A stretch of DNA of 62,829 nucleotides, filler included, from Globobulimina sp. (Eukaryota), in NCBI GenBank assembly GCA_003354225.1. It is 30 parts of 30 records of this genome, joined end to end, with 100 filler letters (N's around TTAATTAATTAA, not from the genome) between each part and the next. Parts side by side here need not be neighbours in the genome. Positions count along the whole stretch, not along the records: positions 48,258 to 50,253 come from PIVH01009893.1; positions 50,354 to 52,349 come from PIVH01009894.1; positions 52,450 to 54,445 come from PIVH01009895.1; positions 54,546 to 56,541 come from PIVH01009896.1; positions 56,642 to 58,637 come from PIVH01009897.1; positions 58,738 to 60,733 come from PIVH01009898.1; positions 60,834 to 62,829 come from PIVH01009899.1; 23 more parts are not named here. One strand, given 5' to 3'. Shown here in pieces: positions 48,260 through 60,992 of this stretch (within the stretch, counting starts at the first letter, position 1; each line of letters opens with the position of its first letter). The notes beneath the pieces were generated by a model. That model was given only the letters and a program-made list of their open reading frames with translations, did not search any database and was not told the origin of the DNA. The translations under genes and the position numbers were made by a program.

Positions 48260-49014
48260 GTTTATTGGAATTACAACAATAATCGGTGGCAATCATATAC
48301 CGCGTTAGGCGATGACACATACGATGCAATTGGGCCTTACAATCAGCCGGATTTATTCATTGGTAGTGGACAATGGTCCGTTCAAGGCATGGTTATGGGT
48401 TCCAATACAGATCCTGATCTGACAGTGTATGCTTGTTCAAATTCTACAACAAAAATGCCTTCTAATTCTCTAACAAAAATACCTTCGAATTATCCAACAA
48501 ATGATCCCACCATTGATCCTACAGTAGATCCCACCATTGATCCCACCATTGATCCCACCATTGATCCCACCATTAATCCCACCATTAATCCCACCATTGA
48601 TCCCACCACTGATCCTACAGTAGATCCCACCATTGATCCGGGAAAAATACCTTCAAACTCTCCAACAAAAATCCCAACCAAAATGCCTTCAAATTCTCCA
48701 ACAAAAATGCCTTCTATTTCTCCTACATTATTTCCAACAAATTCTCCATCAAAAACCCCAACCAAAAACCCTGTAAATCAAGCATTACCCACTCAATATC
48801 CAACAAATAATCCAACGCAATCACCCACAGCAACGTCATCTAATGCACCAAGCAACAATCCAACCTCATCTCCATCCAAATCCCCAACTGATAATCCTGT
48901 AACGCCCAGTGCATCCACGACAAAACAACCAACGTCATCACCAACCAAAGCACCCTCCAATTTTCCAACATTATCTCCCTCAAAATATCCAACAATTAAT
49001 CCAACATCATCGCC
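48260..49014 (+). pseudogene. 5' half of the mucin-like Pro/Thr-repeat gene, interrupted by the retrotransposon
   Basis: Open frame of DPTI/PT repeats ending ...PTINPTSSP at the element junction. Confidence 0.78.
48502..48640 (+). repeat. 12-bp coding minisatellite (GATCCCACCATT, DPTI)
   Basis: About 11 tandem units with variants. Confidence 0.9.
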
Positions 49015-50253
49015 GATTTGATATCAATAATTGTATGGCTTATTTTAAATGATGGCAATATCCCAAATGGAGAAAGTCTAAGTAATATTATTGCATTACC
49101 TAAAAAAAACTACGGATGGAGAGGTATCAGAGCAACATTACCAATTCGCAGCATTGTCAGTGCATTTATTGAATCGATACAGAAACAAAATGTAAGTATC
49201 AGCCGAATACAGCATGGCAACAATGGATCAATTAAACAAATATTAACAATGAGAATCTCCACCGAAATAATGATAATATGCAATAAACCAATTGTGAGCA
49301 TAATAGCAGATGTAAATAAAGCATATGATAATGTGCCGAAAGAAGTAAATCAGATCCAATATTATTATGAACAAAAAGAAATAACAAATAAATTAATAAA
49401 AATCAAAAATAGTTTGGAAAATAATAATAATTTGTTATTAATGATTGATAAAAAAGCAACAGGAGTCACAACACAAACAGTTGGAAAATCACAAGGCGAC
49501 CACTGTTCGAGTACAGATTATCAATCTTATTCCAATCAAATTATGGTTGACAGTGAAAATAAATTAAAAGGAATAATGGTTCCAATTAATAAAAATATTA
49601 TCCGATTAAAAGAAGTATACAATCTATTTACTAAAAATTATCATCTCTCAAATGTAATAATTAAACAATATTTTATGAATCTATTCAGTTTATTATACAT
49701 TGATGATACGATTGTAATGGCAAATTCAATAAAAGATAGTCGAGATAATACCCATTATATATCATATAGATTAAAATATATTGGATCAGAATATAAATAT
49801 AAAAAAACAAAATTGAAAATAATGAATGCTTTTTATTTAAACAATCAAGAATATGAAGAATATAAAAATGATAAATTTGAATATAAAATTTATAATAAAG
49901 CATTGCAAATATTAAAAGAAGATGAAGAATTTAAATATTTAGGATGGACAGTCGACTTTAATGAGAAAGAAAAAAAGTATAATTTCGCCAAACATTTTGG
50001 AATAAATAAGTCATTGACATATAGTAAATTTATTAATATGCCTGAAGGAATAATTAATTTGATTGATTTAACTATTAAAAGAGCAATACTATTCTCACAA
50101 ATTAATATATATGGATTCCATTTTGCAATTATGAAAGAAGCAATAAATAAAGAATTCCAAAAATGCATAGCATATGGAATAAGTCAATTATTTGGAATTT
50201 ATATTACAACAAAAACATCCATAAAAAATATATTAATTGGAATACCACCATTA
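49015..50253 (+). mobile_element. Non-LTR retrotransposon reverse transcriptase domain (5'-truncated)
   Basis: IIALPKK..WRGI, QHG, ADVNKAYDNV, GKSQGDHCS, LYIDD, FKYLG. Confidence 0.92.
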
Positions 50254-50353
50254 NNNNNNNNNNNNNNNNNNNNNNNNNNNNNNNNNNNNNNNNNNNNTTA
50301 ATTAATTAANNNNNNNNNNNNNNNNNNNNNNNNNNNNNNNNNNNNNNNNNNNN

Positions 50354-51544
50354 TGGAAATATAACTTGGAACTCAGTGCGGAAGAAATCATAGCCATTCT
50401 GATCTATACGGGGACCGATGAGATCAGCAAAAGTGTCCGGGAGTCGCTGATCATGGAACGGCGCAGTTGTAAATGGACGCAGTTGACTGGCAATTTAGTG
50501 TCGGCCGTAGAGAAAATGCATAAGATATTGGTGCAAACGCAGCCTAACGCAGAGTTGCCACAGCAGCTATATTATGCCATTGGAGGGGCATACATCAAAA
50601 CCGCGCAGATCAAATATTTCGATGTGATCAGTACCACTTCGAATAGAAATTTGGCGCTTAAATTTATGAAGAAAGGCACCATGATCATCTTTGATAACAC
50701 AAATGATATGTTACAGACTTCCAAGTTTATCGCCGCGCCGTTGAATTGGATCACGTCGCGACATAAACAGAACAATTTCGCAGAATGGCTGGTGACTTGC
50801 ATCAAAATCCATGATGTTGGCATTGAGAAAAGCAAGTCGAATGACGGCAATTATACCATAACTTGCAGAGATTATGAAACTGTTAACTTTCGAGGCATGG
50901 CTACGTGGAGGAAGGTGATCGATGCTTCGATGATTTTAGACCAACCAAACCAAGCTTTGCAGGCTGCGGCAAATGCTGCGATTTTGAATTGTGTGCGCTG
51001 GCAATGCATACATTGTCAATGCGAAGCGCCCTTTTATTGTTATAGCGGGAATATTTTGATGGATAATATGGAATGTTCGTTTTGTAGGAGATATAATTTG
51101 TTCTCGTTTAATGTGCCGACACGGATTGTGTCGTGTTTTAATGTGGATTGTAGACAGGAAAGCATGTTACAAGAATATATTATTGATACTGTGAGTAAGC
51201 AAAAGGGGGCAATGTGTCCGAAGTGCAAAATGGGGCAAGGTATGGTGTTTGAAGAATCGATGCAGTTTAAGAAAATGTTGCGGTATTTGTGCATTGAGGA
51301 TGGATATAAAGAGAAGTTGAGACAGGAAAAGATGAGGAAGGAACAGGCGAGAAAGTTGAAAGAGGAAAGAAGATTAAATGTAAATAATTGCGGTGGTATT
51401 CAAGCCCAGGAACAAGGGAATAAGAAGAAATCTGCAGTTGGTGGCTTTTTTGCATGGGGCAAAAAGCAGAATAAAGTGGTTAAATCGTCAAATTTGAATG
51501 ATATTGAGGAAAATCCGGCCATTATTGAGGATGCTTTTGATTAA
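50354..51544 (+). CDS. ADP-ribosyltransferase-fold-like domain plus Cys-rich zinc ribbons (5' partial)
   Basis: EEIIAILIYTG, LYY(A)IG at the LYRG position, ISTTSNRNLALKF, FAEWL; then WQCIHC..CSFC and CFNVDC..CPKC. Confidence 0.5.
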   Translation, partial: WKYNLELSAEEIIAILIYTGTDEISKSVRESLIMERRSCKWTQLTGNLVSAVEKMHKILVQTQPNAELPQQLYYAIGGAYIKTAQIKYFDVISTTSNRNLALKFMKKGTMIIFDNTNDMLQTSKFIAAPLNWITSRHKQNNFAEWLVTCIKIHDVGIEKSKSNDGNYTITCRDYETVNFRGMATWRKVIDASMILDQPNQALQAAANAAILNCVRWQCIHCQCEAPFYCYSGNILMDNMECSFCRRYNLFSFNVPTRIVSCFNVDCRQESMLQEYIIDTVSKQKGAMCPKCKMGQGMVFEESMQFKKMLRYLCIEDGYKEKLRQEKMRKEQARKLKEERRLNVNNCGGIQAQEQGNKKKSAVGGFFAWGKKQNKVVKSSNLNDIEENPAIIEDAFD

Positions 51545-51680
51545 TAAAATCATATGTGATATTTAGTAATTAAGACAGTTTAATAGTAATGTTACTGCAA
51601 ATTATAGCACAAAATCCTACCTATAATATATTCGTATAGCACAGAATTTCGTATCTTTTTTTGGTTTAATTTTGACCGTA

Positions 51681-52349
51681 AGATTAAAAACAGCTTAAAT
51701 AAAGACTCCGAGCGACAAATAATTAAATCCAGCAACGTTGTTTCGTCAAATCATACACAAACAACAAATTCGAACAAATTTCATATATAGGATAACACTG
51801 GTCAAATGGCGTACATTATTCACAAGTCACAACGATTACAAATTGCTTGTTATACCAACCCAACATAAAAAAAGAGCATTCAAACAAAAAAAAAATCAAC
51901 ATCTCAATAAAAATTCAGTTCAATTAACAACTTATAAATCAATCGCATATTAATGTAGCACATATAAAAAAGCAATTATTCAAATTGAGCAGATAAAATA
52001 TTACACATTTTACCAAACAAATATATCCTGAGCATTGACAAAAATGTACCAAGCAAATGTATTCTGACATTTTTATCAAACACGTTTAAATACATTTTAC
52101 TATAGATTTGCTACATTTTACTATACGTAGATCCCACGATAATAAATAATAATCAATATGCAATCCGAGATTCTTTATCATTTTGTTTGTTGTGGCTTGT
52201 AAATAATGCAGTGTTATCCCATGAAAGTTGTTCGAATTTGTTGTTTGTGTATGATTGGACGAAACAACGTTGCTGGATTTAATTATTTGTTGCTCGGAGT
52301 CTTTAATCCTCTGTCGGAAGGAAAGATTTATTTAAGCTGTTTTTAATCT
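51681..52349. mobile_element. MITE/foldback-like non-autonomous element with ~120-bp inverted repeats
   Basis: 51681-51800 is the reverse complement of 52209-52349 apart from a few substitutions and a ~25-nt indel; AT-rich non-coding interior. Confidence 0.75.
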
Positions 52350-52714
52350 NNNNNNNNNNNNNNNNNNNNNNNNNNNNNNNNNNNNNNNNNNNNTTAATTA
52401 ATTAANNNNNNNNNNNNNNNNNNNNNNNNNNNNNNNNNNNNNNNNNNNNACCAGAAACGGTTTGCTTTGACCTTATCCCAATAAAAATCTGACGCTGAAA
52501 ACAAGATGCTATTACAAAATCAATTCCGTATTTCTCAAGCATTGTGTTTGAGATTACGAGGTATTGAAAGATAATGGCTTTTAAAAACAAATCCTGACAA
52601 AACAATTCGAAAACTAAATGCTTACAATTATTATTGAAATAGTTTTTTTATTTTGTTGTTTTATTTTGATGACATAAAAAATATTGATTGGTTGACAGAA
52701 TAGATAAACAAATA

Positions 52715-53959
52715 TTATTCATGTATGACAACTTCTCGTTTTTTCATAAAACAACAGCAGATATAATAGTACCATGGATTTTCTTCAACAATAACCGGTA
52801 TTAAATAATCTTTTGTTGAATCTTCAGTTGTTTGCTCTTCAGTTGTTTGCAGCTCACTTGATTTATTATCAATTCTCGCGATATGACATTGAATTTCTAT
52901 ATCGTTGACCCACAATTCAGCATCACACTCACTCTCAGTCTCATACATACCAAAAACATGTATTTTGTCATGGATTGCAGTATGTAGTTCAAATGTATCC
53001 TTATCAACGTATCTCACATTAGTTATCGACCTAAAATCAATTTCTCCGAGCTCTTCCAAACATTCTTCATCATCAAAATAATACATGATATTCTCACATA
53101 ATTGGACATAAACAGCTTTTGATTGATTTCCGCATGAATAAAATAATCTGCTTTCCCTAATTATAGGTACCTCTTTCATTGCTATGCCATTAATATTATC
53201 ATTAAGCAGCACTTGAGTTAAATCTATATTGGCCAAACCAACTGCTTCACTGATTAATTGTATTGAGCTTGAACAATCATCAGTTGATAGCGTGCTTTCT
53301 CCGGCTGAAGTGACATAGTCTGGGTGTACATCTGCAGTTAAACGTTCAGCCAAAGTTTTTTCACACCCAGCACTTACTAGAGATAGGCGTTGCGAACTAA
53401 ATGTCGCGTAAAATGATGGTAAATAGTCCTGTTATGGTTACAATTCATAAAATATCAAAGTGATTGATGAGATATAAAAATGGCATACCTGGAGATCGGA
53501 GGTAGCTGATGTTGATACTGTACATGTATCTATATGTACATCCGAGGAGTAACTATTATTTATTGGTACAATCTCCTTCTCCTCGTCTGCAATGACTGAG
53601 GGTGAGCGAGCAGGAGCCGGAGCTGCTAATGTTTGATTTGCATTAAATGCTTCAATTATTTCTTGAATGTGTTTTATCCATTGTTTACAAATTCTATTGC
53701 TTTTTGATTTAAAAACAAATGTTGTTTGGATGTTGTTTTGTTGTTGTTTGATGATTTCAAAACAACGTTTATTGCCTGAATCAAGATTCATTGTACAATT
53801 ATGTAGCACAATCCGGTCAATTGGCTGAAGCTTATTTTTTAATTCAGATTTTTTATTGAAACATTCCATTGTTGATCCAGACAAAACTGCGTATATTTGC
53901 AACCACGTGTTTTCTTTTGTTTTTATTTTAAGCGCACTACACATAATAATATTGCTCAT
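52715..53959 (-). CDS. Tandem PH-domain protein with C-terminal Cys cluster
   Basis: PH1 WLQIYAVL...CKQWIKHI; PH2 VYVQL...AELWVNDI; joined via introns 53397-53488 and 53332-53377 and a 19-nt micro-exon; ends YICCCFMKK. Confidence 0.72.
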
Positions 53960-54174
53960 TTTGTGTTTATTTTTTCTTGATAATAAAGATAATAAATAAA
54001 CCATATCATATTATATTCTAATTATATAATTAATTATATATTTATATTGATTATGAAGCATGTATTATTTAATATATTAATTAATATGACATATATAATT
54101 ATTTGCTCAAGCTAGATAATATAAAAAATTAAAAATTGCTAAAGCTAGAGTTGTGCATAAACATTAATAAAACC

Positions 54175-54445
54175 ATGTCGACGTTACTTGCCACAGCAAT
54201 AACTTTTAAATCACTCATTAAACAACTATCAAAACGAGAGTTTTTAAAGTTTATGGGTAAAATGTATGATATGAATCATTCCGATTTAATTTCAACGTCA
54301 TTATTTAATCATTTTATTAATCCGCCATCTGTTACAAATCCAAATACTGATAATTTAAATAATATTAATTCCATAATATCAACAATTATTCAATCAAGAA
54401 AAGTCAAACCAAAACAATTGCCATCAACAAATATTAAATTAGATC
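54175..54445 (+). CDS. Hypothetical protein N-terminus (3' partial; may lead into an F-box)
   Basis: ATG at 54175, open to contig end, finishing NIKLD. Confidence 0.4.
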
Positions 54446-54558
54446 NNNNNNNNNNNNNNNNNNNNNNNNNNNNNNNNNNNNNNNNNNNNTTAATTAATTA
54501 ANNNNNNNNNNNNNNNNNNNNNNNNNNNNNNNNNNNNNNNNNNNNCATGATACTTAAT

Positions 54559-56541
54559 TTAATCCTGTTGTTCATTATCATCACCATCCTCCTCATCTGA
54601 ATCATCGACAGCAAAACAAACATCAAGTACATCATCCCGCATTTGCTGCCCATCCGCTTCCACTCCAAAGCCTCTATTAACTGATGAGGTCGACTTATGA
54701 TCCGCGAGTAACACAATTGTATCACTCGCTTTATGCTCCTCCACTTCCTCCACATCCATACTATCCATCGCATCACCAATCAAATCATCAATATCCATAA
54801 TCTCCAAACTATCGCCAACTGCCTCCTGTAACTGCACTGGAACCTGTTTGATATCCTTATCTTCGATGAGCACCACCTTTGATTTCCTCGGCATCACCGC
54901 ATCCAAATTAATTATCTCCGTTCCAGCCGTATCCTTCACATGTTCGTATTGTGCATCTTCTGCCTTTTTATCCTCCTCTTCCTCCACCACAACGTTTCTC
55001 TGCGTAGTCCCTCGCGTTAAGTCATCAATTTCGTCCATATCATCAATCAAAGCATCAATATCAAACGACATGGAACTCGTGGCATTATTCACCAAATTCG
55101 TCTGTTGAGAGGGAGTGTCGCCATCCATCTCCGCATCGGCAGCCATTAAAATGCCATCCACATCGACGACATCCTCAGCATCCTCAGCCGCAGCGGGCGT
55201 GGCTACGTCGTCTTGTATGGCTTGCAATATCTTGGCAGTTTGCTGGCCGATTATGTTGAACATGCCCGATATTAAAGAGCCGGACTGCTTTTTATGCGCA
55301 GCTTCCTTTTCCACACCGACATCACTTTCCATTTCGGGCTCTTTCGCTGTGTCCTTCAACACGGATAAGCCGTATTTATTGGCAGATTCTCGCGGCACAT
55401 AACCGGACATCATTTGCTCTAATTCGATCTGCGCCGCTTCGTCGTCTCTGAAAATCAATTGTTTCTCTTCTTCTTTCTTCTCGTCCGGAGCCGCTTCACT
55501 TTGATTGATGTGTTCCAACATTTGCAACGCGGATAAAACGTAGGCGTCATCTTCAGCGGACGTCTCCTCCTCAACTTTGCTGTCATTGCCTGTACGTTGG
55601 AAATAAGTATTATTTTTACTGCTGTTTGCAAATAAATCGCTTTGTTGTCAAAAATATAAATAAAAAGGACCTGCAAACGTATCGATTGAATAATTGGTTA
55701 ATGACAACATTGTGCTGTGTTTCTGTAACTTATTATTTCTGTTCGCCATCAATTTGGTGCGTTTTTCAATGGCAAACTTCAAATATTTCTTCATGTTTTT
55801 AAGATAATCCTTTTTATTGATAAACCGTTTCTTTTTCTTGCGCAAATAATCGCGAATGTACTTTGCCAAAACCACCAATAACGGCTCCAACTCATCGAAG
55901 CGCGGCGGCTGTTCATCCAAATTGATATAACTCATATTTTCTTTGTGCTCCTCATCCTTTTCCTGCTGCTGTTTACCAAATATTTTCTTGCGGAAATATA
56001 GTAAAAAAAAAGCACCCAATAACTTGACCAACGTCTCTTTGTAATCAATGCGTTTCTTCTTATCCTTATCAAAAAAGTCCCAAATCGTAATCAATTCCTT
56101 CTCGTTCAAATCGCCCAAAATCTTATAAATCTGCTCCAGATTCTTAATATGCCCGTACTTCCTCGACGGATTCGGCCATTTCTGTTCAACCTGCAATTCC
56201 TGCTCAAAATCCTCAGAGTCAGCAGAATCTGAATGTTCCTCCGAATTGGAATAATCCGCCAACTCTCCGGTCCTTTGATCCAATGCGAACTTTTCCTTTT
56301 TGCTTAATTTGTAGGCAGTGCCTGGATAGATAGTGGGCGATCGGCGCGGAAATAGGATTTGGTTCTCGTTCCAAAACGTATCCACTTTGGTCCACAGCTC
56401 GTCCATTCTTTTGTGTATCTTGTACGCATCGGTGCTTTTCATCAGTTGCTGCATCTGATCGTCGTCCGTATTCTGAACGGTCTCCAACACGCTGGAATGG
56501 ATGGCGATGGTCAGCGAAGTTGGCAAGTTCGACTCACTCGG
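54559..56541 (-). CDS. Acidic protein with an EF-hand-like segment (two exons, 5' partial)
   Basis: IWDFFDKDKKKRIDYKE; GT-AG intron 55590-55670 joins the two ORFs in frame. Confidence 0.65.
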
Positions 56542-56641
56542 NNNNNNNNNNNNNNNNNNNNNNNNNNNNNNNNNNNNNNNNNNNNTTAATTAATTAANNN
56601 NNNNNNNNNNNNNNNNNNNNNNNNNNNNNNNNNNNNNNNNN

Positions 56642-58637
56642 ATTAACCAAACCACATCACTTTACATCAGTTCACAAAGCCATCAGCTATTTGAAAGGAG
56701 TCATCTCATTTGTTCAAGCGAAATATGTATAATTAAATGTGATAATTATCGTGGATGTTATTACACCACAATTAATGTGTCATCATTAACAACAACATTA
56801 TTATTGAGTTGTACTGGAAGAGAATCATGCTCCGGAATGAATATATTCAATGGTGCGTCTAATTTAACACAGATCAAATGTTTGAATCATAGTTCATGCG
56901 AATATGCTATTTTTAACACGCCAAATGCATTAAATGTTGACATTGAGTGTAACTATGATATGATAAACGGCAAATCAAATAATTACGCACCATGTAGATA
57001 TACTAAATTCAATGCAAATTATGCTTTCAATGTGAATGTAAATTGTCTGGATGATTATAGTTGTTATCGAGCAGAATTTGATGTAAATCATACCCACTCA
57101 GTCATATTTATTAATAGTGGTTATTTTGCGATGTATAAAGCAAAAGTCATTGCAACAAATGTCCAAACAGATTTTACATTAAATTGCTACCACTACTCAT
57201 GTCACAGTGCAATAATATATTGCCCCAATAACATTTCGTGTGATATTGATTGTGTCGGCAGTTATTCATGTCAAGACATTGACATATACGCTGGTAATGG
57301 TGATAATGGTTTATTTAATTTAAATTGCTTATCTAGTTATTCATGTCGTTACGCTGAAGTATTTTGTGGTGATCATGCACCATGCAATCTAAATTGTGAT
57401 CAGTTATATTCGTGTTCAGATTCAAAGATCTATTGCGCAAATAACGCAGAATGTAATTTAAACTGTGATGGAGTGCAAAGCTGTGAGACAAGCAATATTT
57501 ATATAAATACTGAATTGAATCCACATTTGAATTGGAATTGTGTTGGTTCTGTGTCATGTGTTCATGCAACACTAAATTGCTTAGATACTGGTAATTCAAC
57601 AGAGTATATCTATTCTACTGGTCATAGTCAACATGTTTGTTTAACAGATGGTTGCTGTCCATTTGGGAAACATAATCAGTCTCTAATTAATTGCTCTGTG
57701 ATATTTGGTATCAATATGGACTGTAACATTAATTGCACAGAGTATGGTTGTCATTTGGCACACATTGACGGCTCATTAGCAAGTTCATTGAATGTTGTGT
57801 GTGATTCATATGAATGTGAATACACTGACATAGACTGTCCTCATTCAGGTGTATGTAATATTGAATGTTTATCAGTTAGTTCGTGCCAATATTTCAATGT
57901 ATATTCCGAGGAGCCAATTTTGTCATTTTCATTGGTCTGTTCAGGTGATGAGAGCTGTAAATACTCAAATATTAATTTGAATATCACACAGAATGCAAAT
58001 ATATCATGTCTGGGTCCCTCCTCATGTCGTTATTCAAATAACAATTTAATTATTAACAATCAATTTGATATGTTATGTGCAGCAAGTTTTTCATGTGGTT
58101 CTGGAGAACTTCATTTAGAGGGAGCGAAATCAATATTTCTAAAAGCAACTGCACAGTTTGCAAGCTATAATCAAAGAATTATTGTTACTGATGGCAATAT
58201 GATGAATGTTGTTTGTTTGGGATCATGTTAAGTGTTATACTGTACGTATAGTATATTTGCATCAAATTAATTCAACATAAGATTCCTGCGCTTATTTGGA
58301 TGTTATGTATTCTAGTTTCAGTGTGATTGATATCGAATGTAATGGCCAATATGCATGTGTATTTTCTGACTGGAAATATATCACTGTGTCAAATATGACT
58401 GTCAGATGCAATGTTGACAGCAGTTAAACGTTTCCATACAATCAGTACATTATATTTGATGTATAAATGTAGAATATATATAGATTCCTGTCGTAATCTT
58501 GAGGTCATGGCCACTATCAATACTTCATTGACAATCACCGCACCCAATGCACAAGCCCTCTATGATAGCCGTCTTTGGGTATCCTGCAGTTCTGGTTGTA
58601 TGAACACACTCAATTGTATGGAAAATGTAACTTTTAG
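56642..58637 (+). CDS. Cys-rich repeat (C-x4-SC) extracellular protein (multi-exon, partial)
   Basis: Many C..(.)..SC repeats at ~20-25 aa spacing; repeats continue after 58231 in other frames. Confidence 0.75.
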
Positions 58638-58737
58638 NNNNNNNNNNNNNNNNNNNNNNNNNNNNNNNNNNNNNNNNNNNNTTAATTAATTAANNNNNNN
58701 NNNNNNNNNNNNNNNNNNNNNNNNNNNNNNNNNNNNN

Positions 58738-60583
58738 GTCGTGGATACCTATTTACAAACTGTCCATAGATATTGTGAATTCTGCCCAATATATTGTTTT
58801 GTTTCCGTGTATAATTTTGCTTCTTTTCCTTTGGAGGCGGCCGCGGTTTATGTCCAATTATAAACTGTGGTTTTAACTGCGCACAACATATAGGATAAAA
58901 TTGTTGATTCAATACTTTCAAACTTCCCTTCAACTCCAAACATCCCAAACTCTTTTCGGGGATAATATAAATTGGACCGACACTTTTCTTCTCTATCATT
59001 GGAGTAATAGTTGCACCCGATTTTCTTTTAAGCACTATGTTTTTTAAAGCATTAAATATTGGTTCAACATCTAACAATGCTCCAAAATATATATTCATAC
59101 GCATCGAAATTGTAAAACCTACTTTTAAATACGCTCCACTTCTACATATATCATACGCCGATAATTTGCACATTTGTGGCTCCATTGCGGGTAAACTTAT
59201 TCTAAATGGTATCACCAATTCCATTCGCAAAAATACATTGCTTATCGCATATAACGAACATCCTATTTTTACGCTTAATTTAATATCAAATCCTAATTTT
59301 TCTGTCGGACATTTATCCACAGCATTTTCTCCCTCTTTCGCATCGCTGCCAAATTGCTTTGTACATTCCTTCTTCGTTAATTTTCTCGTCTTTATCGCAC
59401 TATTTCTGCCAAGTTTGTTATCATAAATATATCCTATTTCTATTCTTTCCGAATATTCACATTTTATGCCACCATATACTTGTTGTGGTAAGGTTGCAAT
59501 TTCAGCAAATATTATAACATATGGCCGGACAATAACTGGTATAGGACCTATAAAAAAAACTTTCTTTTTCCCGGAATTAGCCATCTTATCAAATAAAGCT
59601 GATACTTGGCCAATGAATTTTGCATTGAAATATGCAGAAATATCCCATTCGCCATAGATTTTAAACTCAATATGTACATCGTTTGAAAATATGCTCCAAT
59701 AAAAATTAAAATATACTCCAACTTGTAATTGAAACCAAAATCCAAACTTTAATTCAATATTTCCATCGCCAGAGACGGACACTTTAAATCCATTTGGTTT
59801 GGATGACCCAAAGGTGTTTGACACTGTGTTGGTTTTCATGTATCTCCAATCTTTTTTAAAATTTAAATTAATCACTTTACTATTTTGCGTCGGTCCAAGT
59901 TGTCCCTTCACCACAGCACGCACTCTTTTCTTCACTTTTTGCAGTGTATTTTGAATTTTTCGGCCAGTTTCTTTAACAAAGCGGCCAACATGACCTAGAA
60001 ACTGCTGATCCATCATTTTTGCACCAACAATACCACCATTTACATGTCTTTGTTTCCTCCATTTACTGGACAATCTCAATGCAGTTTTTCTTGCGTTCAC
60101 TGCTCTCTTTGCAATGTTTTTTAATTTCCTCATCCTATTTTGTAATATTTCATCACCAATAGGTTGTAATAATAATATTCTTCTCCTGGCTGCTGTTCCT
60201 GTCTCTTTATTATGCATTGGCACATTACCTTTGATATCAGCCTCACAAATATATTCCATTGGGGTATCCGGTAAACGTACAAAGACTGTTATTATTTTAT
60301 GATAATCCTTTGCCGAGCTACCATATTGAGAGGGATCGAGATGTTGTATTTGGGTAATTTTATAAACCGCCTCTCTGCAGCCAAGTGCCTGTATTTGTTT
60401 GTGTGCTGCGTCACCGCCAGCCACCAAATAATCATACACTTTAAATGTGTTATCATCGTTAACATAATCTTTTATTTTAATGTACGAGCGGTGTCTATCT
60501 AACTCATCCGGTGTACCTTGATTCTTATCATGATCCCAGTAAAATAACTCACATTTTCCGGTGACGCAGTCACCGTTTTCCAT
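58738..60583 (-). CDS. Hypothetical protein with beta-rich central domain (3' partial)
   Basis: 615+ codon ORF with alternating hydrophobic beta-strand pattern (FWFQLQVGVYF, FFIGPIPVIVRPYV). Confidence 0.65.
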
Positions 60584-60654
60584 TCGTTTGACTCCGTTTT
60601 TTGGTTTGCGTATACAATTTTTGGTATGTATACAAATTCGTTAGTGCAGTATAG

Positions 60655-60733
60655 GGCAGCGGCGAGGACACTGTTTATGTCTGTTGTGCGGGGGTGGCAG
60701 GCAGCGGCGTGGAGGGTCTATATGTCTGTTGTG
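60655..60733. repeat. GC-rich 45-bp imperfect tandem repeat at contig end
   Basis: GGCAGCGGCG at 60655 and 60700; TATGTCTGTTGTG at 60676 and 60721. Confidence 0.7.
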
Positions 60734-60992
60734 NNNNNNNNNNNNNNNNNNNNNNNNNNNNNNNNNNNNNNNNNNNNTTAATTAATTAANNNNNNNNNNN
60801 NNNNNNNNNNNNNNNNNNNNNNNNNNNNNNNNNCATTGTAATTGAGAATTTAAATGAAGTTTTTTTGGTCTCCTTTGATAAATTCTTATATTTAAGTTAC
60901 AAACCAAATATAAATCACTATTCCTTCAAATTAAAATGGGTCTATTTAACCTATTTGATATTAATTCAGTCATTAACTTTGCAACAGAAAGC

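Noticed and set aside
49015-50253. RT as a bacterial retron, DGR, group II intron or defence RT
   Set aside because: Motifs, CCHC knuckle, TSD and insertion in a eukaryotic gene all indicate a non-LTR retrotransposon.
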